64,000 bases of DNA from Candidatus Woesearchaeota archaeon (lineage in GTDB: Archaea; Nanobdellota; Nanobdellia; Woesearchaeales; JACPBV01), in contig JACPBV010000005.1 in assembly GCA_016180135.1 (NCBI GenBank), positions 802 through 64,801 on the forward strand, read 5' to 3'. The position numbers were made by a program, and so were the translations under genes. Positions 54,167-62,191 of this stretch are shown piece after piece (within the stretch, counting starts at the first letter, position 1; each line of letters starts with the position of its first letter). The notes under the pieces are model-generated. The model ran no database searches. It was given only the letters and a program-made list of their open reading frames with translations, and was not told the origin of the DNA.

Positions 54167-57100
54167 TCATCCCCCGATTATTTTTGAACTGTTAACCAAG
54201 TTCAAGTTTCTTTCAAGAAACCCAAACTCTTGTTTGTTAAGAAGTTTTATTATTAAATCTTTTGAACTATCTTTATCTTCAATACCCTTGTGTGTTGCAA
54301 AAACTTTTAACAAGGTTTTATTTGCATTAACTTGGTCATAAATTTGGATTGCATCTATCTTTGTAACAATTCCATCACTTCCTTCCAAACCTGACCCAAA
54401 CAATATTGCAAAATTGTCTAATTCAAGATTTTTTCCAGGTTGACCATCTTCCTTGTTTTGGATAAAAGCGAAATAATTACTTAAAAGATTAAAAGAGATA
54501 AAGTTTCCTTCTCCTGTTAAAATTCTTCCGAGTTGACAAGAAATGTCAAAACCACAATCTTGGATAATAGTATCTCTCACTTTTTCAAGAGTTACATGGC
54601 GGACACTTTTATTGTTTAAGTTGGCTAAAGTGTTACTCCCATGATTATCGACTAATTCGGAAAATATCGAGCTCCCATTAAACGCCCCAGGACACCCCAC
54701 CCCCACAAACGTCTCCACTTTGTTGGCATCAAACTCTCCCTTTTCAAGCGACGATAAAACACTCCTGCACCCATTGCTGAACCCAACATACTGCAGCTTT
54801 GATTTATTCGTCGAAGAGATGACTTTGTTCAGCAGGGCAGGAACATACTCATCCGTCAGCGTTGAAAAGTTATAATTCGGGCAGTCATCCGTCTCTTTTC
54901 CTGCGCAGTCCGTATCAGGACCGCCGGTTATCTCGATCAGCCAGGTATCTTTGCCTTCTTCACTTGCCAATTCAACCCCGAAGTCTTTCCACGAATCTAA
55001 ATTGGACCAAAGGCCGTGCCCCAGCACAACCGGCAGCCCCGCCTCATCCCTAAACGCAGTAAAATTCTCAGAATATGCCGGCTTCAAATGCAGCAATCGT
55101 AAATTAACCCCATTCACCGTCGCATTTACCTGATCCTCATCCTGCATGTCGTCCTCAAGCGCCCTCTTCACAAGACTTGCAAAAGCAGTTGAATTCTGCT
55201 TGTAAAACGCCTTATTAAAAGAATTATGAAGAAAATCAAAGACGCCGATAGCAGGCACATACTCCTCGCCGAGAAACATGGCAGCTTCCCTGCTGATGAA
55301 CTTTTCCTTGTTGGCAGCAAACTCCTTTGCGCCGGCGATAAACCCTTCGATGTCATTTGCCTCGATCGCAACCTTCTGCTTCCCGTTCACATTTTTGCTT
55401 CCGACAACTGCGCAATAGGGCTTATTGCAGAACTTGTCCTGGAACCTCAGCCCGCCGCCCTGGAACCCCCATCCATTCTCTTCAAGCGCGCTAAAATGCC
55501 AGACGATCAGAGGATTGTGCCGTGCGACAAGGATCTCCACATCTGCATCGTCAGAAGCAGTTACAAATTCCGCGCCGGGGATGTTCCCCTTCAAAAATTT
55601 AGCAATCTCGATGTCAGCGACATCAGGGGGCACATCGGAGCGTAAATAATACTTAGTCAGGCCGAAAAAAAGCTTTGAGGCAATGTTGTCTATCCTGCCA
55701 ACTTCATTAAGATTATTATCTGGGTCTAGGATAACTGTAATTTCGTGCCCCCTCTCAACATCCCAGCTTGTGGAGAGCTCTCTTGAGCTGTTTGCATAAA
55801 TCCTAAAGCCAAATGTTTCAGTCTTTTCTTTGATGAGCTGGCCGCTGAATTTGTCAATAAATTTAGCTTTCAGGCCGTTCACATCAGACGCTCCATTATT
55901 GGCTGCCTTAAACACTATTGTCAGGTTTCCCCCGGAATTAAAGGTGAGATTGGAGATTGAGATATCATTCAGACATCCAATTTGGCAGGATCCCCCGCAG
56001 TCAATGCTTTCCTCGTTTCCATTCTTCACATTATCAGAACAGCTGCCTTCCCTTTGTAATTTGATAAGGTAAACATTATAGTTTCCCCCCCCGAAAGGGC
56101 CGGAGCTAATATACCCGGCAACAATAAACCCACCGTCGTCGGTTTGATGGGCAGAAGTTCCAACAGAAAAACTGTTGTTGATGCTCCGAAAAGTCTTGTT
56201 CCACTGCAAACTTCCATTGAGAGTCACCTTTACAAGGTAAACATCTTCATTGGTGTTTCCAGCAACGATATACCCTCCATCGCTGGCCTGCAAAACTGAC
56301 CGCCCAGCATCATCAAAATTAACCCCAAACGACTTGTTCCACTGAGTCTTCCCACTAGCATTGACTTTCAGGAGATAAACCTGTTGGCCCGCTGCTTGAC
56401 CCAGTGCGCTGATAGGATAAATCTCCCCCGCAACGATATATCCGCCATCGCTGGTCTGCTTGACAGAGTACCCATAGTCCTCTCTCTCCCCCCCAATCGT
56501 TTTACTCCACTGCAGTTTCCCCGCAGAATCTGTTTTTATTAGGTAAACATCCTTATCTTCACCGGGAATGTATCCAGCAATGATATACCCCCCATCATTG
56601 GTTTGTTGGACTGAGTACCCGGAATCATGGTTTCCTGGGTCTCCAAATGTTCTGTTCCACTGAATCGTACCATCAGAATTAGTCTTTATGAGGTAAGCAT
56701 CTCCACTATACGGGCTAAGGGTGTTATTAACACTCCCCGTGATGATATACCCCCCGTCATTTGTCTGCTGGACAGAGTATCCATAATCATAATTTGATCC
56801 CCCAAAGGTTTTGTTCCACTGCGCTTTTCCGTCAGGATCGGTTTTCAGGAGGTAAACATCAGAGTTTCCTGCGCCGAAAGACGAAGTTCCTCCCGCAACG
56901 ATATATCCGCCATCATTGGTTTGCTGGACAGAGTATCCATAATCATAATTTGATCCCCCGAAGGTTTTGTTCCACTGCATCTTTCCGTCAGGATCGGTTT
57001 TCAGGAGGTAGACATCAAAGTTTCCTGCGCCGAAAGACGAAGTTTCTCCGGCAACGATATACCCTCCATCGCTGGCCTGCTGGACAGAGTACCCATAATC

Positions 57101-57232
57101 ATTTCCTGAGCCTCCGAAGGTTTTGTTCCATTCAGCATCTGGTGATTGCACCTGGATGGAGGCAGAACTCACAACTGCATAGACACCGGAGTTTATCATT
57201 ATCAGAGAAAGAACAAAGATTACCCAGGACAA
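54167..57232 (-). CDS. secreted beta-propeller-repeat protein with a C-terminal alpha/beta-hydrolase (lipase-like) domain
   Basis: It has about seven 52-aa repeats of 'WNKTFGGS..D.GYSVQQT.DGGYI.AG...' after a signal peptide. The hydrolase blocks are 'PVVLGHGLWS' and the nucleophile elbow 'YVGFSNGC'. Confidence 0.8.
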   Translation of the reverse strand: MSWVIFVLSLIMINSGVYAVVSSASIQVQSPDAEWNKTFGGSGNDYGYSVQQASDGGYIVAGETSSFGAGNFDVYLLKTDPDGKMQWNKTFGGSNYDYGYSVQQTNDGGYIVAGGTSSFGAGNSDVYLLKTDPDGKAQWNKTFGGSNYDYGYSVQQTNDGGYIITGSVNNTLSPYSGDAYLIKTNSDGTIQWNRTFGDPGNHDSGYSVQQTNDGGYIIAGYIPGEDKDVYLIKTDSAGKLQWSKTIGGEREDYGYSVKQTSDGGYIVAGEIYPISALGQAAGQQVYLLKVNASGKTQWNKSFGVNFDDAGRSVLQASDGGYIVAGNTNEDVYLVKVTLNGSLQWNKTFRSINNSFSVGTSAHQTDDGGFIVAGYISSGPFGGGNYNVYLIKLQREGSCSDNVKNGNEESIDCGGSCQIGCLNDISISNLTFNSGGNLTIVFKAANNGASDVNGLKAKFIDKFSGQLIKEKTETFGFRIYANSSRELSTSWDVERGHEITVILDPDNNLNEVGRIDNIASKLFFGLTKYYLRSDVPPDVADIEIAKFLKGNIPGAEFVTASDDADVEILVARHNPLIVWHFSALEENGWGFQGGGLRFQDKFCNKPYCAVVGSKNVNGKQKVAIEANDIEGFIAGAKEFAANKEKFISREAAMFLGEEYVPAIGVFDFLHNSFNKAFYKQNSTAFASLVKRALEDDMQDEDQVNATVNGVNLRLLHLKPAYSENFTAFRDEAGLPVVLGHGLWSNLDSWKDFGVELASEEGKDTWLIEITGGPDTDCAGKETDDCPNYNFSTLTDEYVPALLNKVISSTNKSKLQYVGFSNGCRSVLSSLEKGEFDANKVETFVGVGCPGAFNGSSIFSELVDNHGSNTLANLNNKSVRHVTLEKVRDTIIQDCGFDISCQLGRILTGEGNFISFNLLSNYFAFIQNKEDGQPGKNLELDNFAILFGSGLEGSDGIVTKIDAIQIYDQVNANKTLLKVFATHKGIEDKDSSKDLIIKLLNKQEFGFLERNLNLVNSSKIIGG
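56060..57130 (-). repeat. coding tandem repeats with a 156-nt (52-aa) period in the beta-propeller region
   Basis: 'gctggacagagta(t/c)ccataatc' recurs at 56767, 56923 and 57079. The two units following 56767 and 56923 are about 93 percent identical at DNA level by eye. Confidence 0.8.
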
Positions 57233-57309
57233 TGCCTTAACCCCAATAGTATAAAGTGCTTTGATATTACATCACAGGCATATAAATTCAAAGGTGTTTA
57301 TAAACATTA

Positions 57310-58494
57310 TTAGGGAAATCCGCCCACGTTGCCCCTAAGCGATCTAGTGTTGGGAATTTGTTGTTGAGCAGCTGCAAGGGTTATATTCTCCATAAAAAAG
57401 GGAATGCCCTTAATTTTTTCCTGGCACGATTCACTTAACCCATTATTTAGGCGGTAAACCACTTTTCGCTCCTTGGTACCGAGAATTGGAAAGCCCCACA
57501 TAAGGAGAGGGTCGTTTTCAAACCTGAAGTCATAAGAGTCCTGGCCTTGCCCCCTGTTGGTTTCCAGCCTTGTCAATTCACCTTCCATGGCGCCTTCATC
57601 GTCCTGGTCATTTTCCCTCCTGAGCTTTTCAACACACTCTTTAGGCAGAAACTCTATATAGACAAACTCTTCAATCTCCCCCTCATTTGTCCTGAATTTA
57701 AGCTCAACAACAGTTTTGTCATGCACCGAAATGACCCTTTTAACCCCCACATTATCTTTCACCCGCTTTAATTTTCGGTCCTTACACCTTCCTTTGATAT
57801 ATTCAGTTATGCCGCTCTTGTCGCCTTCAGCCCCTGAGACGCCAGGACCGGCGAAATCTTCCTCAGTAGTACAATCATCAAGAGGAACTGCTTCAGTAAC
57901 CATCGTATCAACATCCGCCGGCGTTGGCTGAACCGCAGCCTCCCTCGCCCCGCAGTCAAACCTCTTGTCCTTATGCCTCAGCTTAACCCGGGTTGCGTTC
58001 TCTTCAAGGAACATCTCCATCCTGCCGTTAACAACCTTAAAGCACTGGAAGTATGGGAATTCAATGCTGATATTCCCCCCGAAGGCTGCCTTCTGGATGA
58101 TGCCCTTGACAGAAAAGAACATATTTTTCCCAGTCCTGGGGCTGTTCATATCCAGCGGATTTATGGGCTGAAGCGAATCCCAGAGCAGAGGCATATCCAC
58201 AAAGACGCTTCTCACAAATTCATCGGAAGTATCCGCATTGTCTGTATCAACAAAATACACCCTGTCAACTCCGCAGGGGATCTGGAATGATTTTTCAAAC
58301 ACGCTCCCTTCGCTCCCGACAGCCTTCTCGACAGCCGCCTTGAAGTCCTGCTCAAACACCAGAGACTGCGCAAGGCAGTTCTGCGCATTGACTTTTGTGA
58401 AAGAAGAATATCCAAAGATGAGAATCGCAGACGCAACGATCAGCGCAGTCATATAAAGCAGCCAGTGCGTGCTCATCTCCCCCCTTTTGCCCAT
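57310..58494 (-). CDS. secreted/anchored protein with a possible prepilin-like N-terminus
   Basis: The N-terminus is 'MGKRGEMSTHWLLYMTALIVASAILIFGY'. It is divergently paired with a membrane-protein paralog at 58865. Confidence 0.6.
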   Translation of the reverse strand: MGKRGEMSTHWLLYMTALIVASAILIFGYSSFTKVNAQNCLAQSLVFEQDFKAAVEKAVGSEGSVFEKSFQIPCGVDRVYFVDTDNADTSDEFVRSVFVDMPLLWDSLQPINPLDMNSPRTGKNMFFSVKGIIQKAAFGGNISIEFPYFQCFKVVNGRMEMFLEENATRVKLRHKDKRFDCGAREAAVQPTPADVDTMVTEAVPLDDCTTEEDFAGPGVSGAEGDKSGITEYIKGRCKDRKLKRVKDNVGVKRVISVHDKTVVELKFRTNEGEIEEFVYIEFLPKECVEKLRRENDQDDEGAMEGELTRLETNRGQGQDSYDFRFENDPLLMWGFPILGTKERKVVYRLNNGLSESCQEKIKGIPFFMENITLAAAQQQIPNTRSLRGNVGGFP

Positions 58495-58610
58495 ACCGCC
58501 TCCTGAAGCGGCGGATTATATTAATATTGCGGTATTCCGGCTCGATTCAAAAGAACGCAATATCTTAACCCTTTGAAGCCTATCAGAGAATCTTAAGAGG
58601 TTATATCTGT

Positions 58611-58732
58611 TTGAAAATTTCAACAACGTCGGCGAGGCGAGGGGGAGGGATGGCTCCTACGGAGTCCCCGAGCAGGGCAAAATTTTCACAGAGAAAATTT
58701 TGACCGTCGAGCCCTGTGTTGTTGAAATTTTC
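58611..58732 (+). repeat. palindromic structured repeat element E5
   Basis: A perfect 16-bp closing stem 'tgaaaatttcaacaac'/'gttgttgaaattttca' encloses the conserved core. Confidence 0.6.
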
Positions 58733-58797
58733 AGATGCACTGCCCCAATTAATAAAACTCAGATTTTTCAGATGCGCTTCACCAATTAATAAAACTC
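58727..58797 (+). repeat. tandem duplication, 2 x ~35 nt
   Basis: 'ttttcagatgcactgccccaattaataaaactca' is followed by 'tttttcagatgcgcttcaccaattaataaaactca'. The first unit starts inside the right arm of E5. Confidence 0.75.
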
Positions 58798-58830
58798 ATA
58801 TTCATCCAAAATGCCCCGGTTTGAAACAAC

Positions 58831-58838
58831 ATTTAAAT
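58831..58838 (+). promoter_or_regulatory. archaeal TATA box candidate for the 58865 gene
   Basis: TTTAAATA lies 26 nt upstream of the ATG. Confidence 0.45.
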
Positions 58839-58864
58839 AGTCCCTCCCCAAAAAAAGAAAGAGT

Positions 58865-59665
58865 ATGTTCCTAGTAAAAATCATCAGGCAGTCTTTCCGG
58901 ATCATGCTCGGAAGCAAAAAGAAAACATTTGCCATTCTGGGGCTTCAGCTTCTCTACGGAATCCTCCTTTCAGCCATCATCTTCACCACCCTCATTCCTG
59001 CGACGGAGGAAGCAAGGAAGGCTCTTGACGTCTTTGACAACGCTCAGGAGAATCTTCCCGGCGCCCCGGAAGAAAACGCCCTCCCTTCAGAGCAGGCGTT
59101 GGCCATCTATCAAAGCGCAGCAAGGATGGCATCCTACCTGAAGGATGCCGGAGTTTATTCAGCGGCAGTATTTATGGTGTTTAGCTCCCTGCTCTGGGGA
59201 TTTTCCCTTTCTCTCGCCAACAGGCTCCCGGTGAAAAGGCTGATACAGCCGGCATTCACTATTTTCATCCTTTCGGGAATTGTGATATTCCTGGCAGAAA
59301 CCGTCATTGCAGGATACATGAGATCTGCGTTTAAGCTGATTGACCAGGGCTCATTCACCCCCGTTTTTGCTCTCGCAGGAACTCTCCTCCTGTTTGGCTA
59401 TTTCGGCGCAGTCGCATTCTCCCTTGCCTGCAAAAGGCCAAAAGATTTTTTTCCGGCGTTTATTTCAGCTGCTTTTGGAAAAGCCCACCGCCTCATTCCG
59501 GTCTTCCTGACAAGCTTTCTCTTCATCTCCGCTGCGGCAGCGCTGATAATTTTGACAGCAGAAGCCAACCTTATCATTGCGCTAATCCCTTTTCTGATAT
59601 TGATTGCAGTTCAGGCTGCCGCAAGATTGTTTATGGTCGTTGCAGTGAAAGAAGCAGCAAAATAA
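58865..59665 (+). CDS. polytopic membrane protein, paralog of 16646 and 38394
   Basis: TTTAAATA at 58831-58838 lies 26 nt upstream of the ATG. The topology is similar to the paralogs, and it carries the 'FISAAFGKAHRLIPVF' block. Confidence 0.6.
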   Translation: MFLVKIIRQSFRIMLGSKKKTFAILGLQLLYGILLSAIIFTTLIPATEEARKALDVFDNAQENLPGAPEENALPSEQALAIYQSAARMASYLKDAGVYSAAVFMVFSSLLWGFSLSLANRLPVKRLIQPAFTIFILSGIVIFLAETVIAGYMRSAFKLIDQGSFTPVFALAGTLLLFGYFGAVAFSLACKRPKDFFPAFISAAFGKAHRLIPVFLTSFLFISAAAALIILTAEANLIIALIPFLILIAVQAAARLFMVVAVKEAAK

Positions 59666-59713
59666 GCCGAAAGAATTCATAAATTGGGGTTTGATAGGGC
59701 AACCTCAAGGGGA

Positions 59714-60943
59714 TTACTCGCCGCCACCATCTCCGCCTGAAGAGCCGTCTCCCCCTGATGCGCTGCCCCTGCCTGAAGATTCTCCGCCGGAATATCTTTC
59801 TCCGCCAGAATCGCCTTCACTTCCAGAAAAGCCCCCATCATCAACTCCGCCTTCACCGCCTGAAGAGTCTCCCTCACCCAACTCACTTTCCATATAATTC
59901 CCTTTAAGTTCATACTCCCCTTTATCTTGAAAAAGAGCATACTCGCCATCTGCAGAGCTTTCAGATCTATCGGAATGCCTTTCAGCATAAAAATCATCAA
60001 AATCATCAAAAGAGCGATCTTCATCAAGGATGTCGTCAAGGCTTTCGGTATTCATTACCGGCTTCCTTGTTTTATAGACTTTATAATACCTTTTGACGGT
60101 AGCCACATCATCCCTTTTTGCCGCTAAGACCTTTTGGTAGCGCATTTTCTCTGACGGCACCCGGGAATCCTCAGCCAATTTCTCAAGTGCATCAACAACA
60201 TGGTTTTTAGTAGCTCTCTCTTCCTCAACCCTTTTCGAAAGCCTGTTCACTACCGGCCTTTTGTCAAACGACTTCCTGTAGATGTGCGAGAATTCTTCAG
60301 CAAGCGATTCAAAGACCATATCCATATTGTCTGCGCTATAATGCTTCCCGATGCTCTCAAGCATCTGGTAAAAATCATAATTTGCGACGATGACAATCTT
60401 CCCTTCATATTGCTTTGCTTCGGGGCCAAACTTCTCGCTTAGGCCTGAAGGCATCCTTCCGACGCCCATGATCCCCGAATCGGGAGCCTTGCTGACCATC
60501 ACATAGTCTATATTCTCAAAGTCGCAGCCTTTTTCCGCAAAAATACGGGAGATTTCCCCGCCGAGATCAGATTTCATAAATGCCCGCATGAACAGCTTAT
60601 AACTGCCTTCCTTTGAAGAAAACTTCCCGATGTCCCTCATATTCATCTGCCCAAAGGCATAAGCCATCGTAGTCCCTGAATTTCCCGCCCCCCTCTGGTC
60701 AAACTTGCCGTTGACAGGGATCATCAGCGAGACAGAATCTGCAGGCTCAACATACTCAATATTGATGCCTTTGGGCGCCAGCCATTCCCCGAATTCTTTG
60801 CCGTTGTCCTCCCTGAGCCAATTTCGCCCGTATCGGGATTCATACTCCCTGTCTTCTGCAGCATCAATAGGATTGATCCGCTCCGGTATGCTGAGCCCCT
60901 TCCATAAAGGCCCACCCTGAGAATCCCCTGCAAAGTCAACCAT
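59714..60943 (-). CDS. hypothetical protein with an acidic Gly/Ser-rich C-terminal tail
   Basis: A 409-aa ORF. The tail is 'GEGDSSGGEGGVDDGGFSGSEGDSGGERYSGGESSG...'. No family recognised. Confidence 0.55.
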   Translation of the reverse strand: MVDFAGDSQGGPLWKGLSIPERINPIDAAEDREYESRYGRNWLREDNGKEFGEWLAPKGINIEYVEPADSVSLMIPVNGKFDQRGAGNSGTTMAYAFGQMNMRDIGKFSSKEGSYKLFMRAFMKSDLGGEISRIFAEKGCDFENIDYVMVSKAPDSGIMGVGRMPSGLSEKFGPEAKQYEGKIVIVANYDFYQMLESIGKHYSADNMDMVFESLAEEFSHIYRKSFDKRPVVNRLSKRVEEERATKNHVVDALEKLAEDSRVPSEKMRYQKVLAAKRDDVATVKRYYKVYKTRKPVMNTESLDDILDEDRSFDDFDDFYAERHSDRSESSADGEYALFQDKGEYELKGNYMESELGEGDSSGGEGGVDDGGFSGSEGDSGGERYSGGESSGRGSASGGDGSSGGDGGGE

Positions 60944-61228
60944 ATACTACTAGTTAGTGATTAATCTATATAAAGGTTTCGGAATTTTGGGGTGGAAAAG
61001 CATGGTTTTAGCAGCAGAAATTGACCGGGATATATTTTCCCATGAACTTAGAATACAGGAATGGAAACTACTTATAGCAAAGACAGCAACAAAGAACAAA
61101 CATCCAAATCGAATTTATGCAATCTTGCTCAAAATCAGAAAAAATAATAGAAGATTTCTATTAATACACTCGCCAAGATATTGCAAGGATGGATACTTAG
61201 GAATTTAAAGTTAAAGGGTTTAAAAAAA

Positions 61229-61915
61229 CTATGCTACTTTCCTGTCCTCATCGTGGTAAACGGGCTTTCTCAGCCTGTCGCTATGTTGAGCCCTTTGGTC
61301 GACCAGAGTCTGGTTCTGATATAAGCCCTGCATGTGTTCCAGCACTTTTGAAGGGTCCGCAAGGTTATTGATTTCAGCGGCGGCATTTTCAGCAAACCTC
61401 TTTCCCCCGCTAGTTTCATAAAGTTTTGTAATAACTTTTTGGGCACCCCTAAGGTCTTCATAAGCTAAATTGGCTAACGTTGCCGGGTGGTGGCCTACCA
61501 TCTCCCCATGCACCCTGGCTGATAATTGCCGGGATAACCTAAGAAGGATATCTGGTTGAATGGAACCCCCTTCATAGTTGGAAAGGATGTCTTTGATGAC
61601 ATGCTTGGGAAGGCTATACCTGTTTAGAAGCTCTTCCTCAGAAATATTTGCCCCCCTTGCCCCAATGGCATCCCGAATCATACTTGCGACTTCGTCAGAA
61701 TGAAGAAATTTAACGATAGTATCAATTGTTTTTTTATTAACCTTCTTACCAACAAGCTTTTTTTCATTAAGAATCTTTGCAGAAAGCTCGGCAGAATACT
61801 TCTCCGATATTTCATAGGCTTCCTCAAATTCTTTGACTATATCTGGCCCTCCACCATGCCCTTTCTCCTCACCATGCTTTCTAAATGGGACAACGTTTGA
61901 ATGATTTCCAGACAT
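61229..61915 (-). CDS. hypothetical protein
   Basis: A 228-aa ORF with no overlapping alternative. No family recognised. Confidence 0.5.
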   Translation of the reverse strand: MSGNHSNVVPFRKHGEEKGHGGGPDIVKEFEEAYEISEKYSAELSAKILNEKKLVGKKVNKKTIDTIVKFLHSDEVASMIRDAIGARGANISEEELLNRYSLPKHVIKDILSNYEGGSIQPDILLRLSRQLSARVHGEMVGHHPATLANLAYEDLRGAQKVITKLYETSGGKRFAENAAAEINNLADPSKVLEHMQGLYQNQTLVDQRAQHSDRLRKPVYHDEDRKVA

Positions 61916-62154
61916 TTTTCTTCACCTTAGTATTAATTTTTCTAAAAACACTTTAGATACTGCCCCCATATAAATCTTTCGCTTTTTTTCCCCTTTCCCC
62001 GGCCGGCAAAAACAAATGCAAAAAGCAGGAGATTTACCGACGGAAAGAAACAGCCGCCCAAAAGGCTCGAAAGATAAAAAACGCAAACATCGTATTATTT
62101 TCACCACCCATCAATAATTACTCTTTATCAAAAAAGCAAACTTTATAAACTCAC

Positions 62155-62162
62155 TTTAAAAT
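62155..62162 (+). promoter_or_regulatory. archaeal TATA box candidate for the 62192 gene
   Basis: TTTAAAAT lies 30 nt upstream of the ATG. Confidence 0.35.
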
Positions 62163-62191
62163 ACGCCCAGTAAAAGCTTTTATTTCCCATC

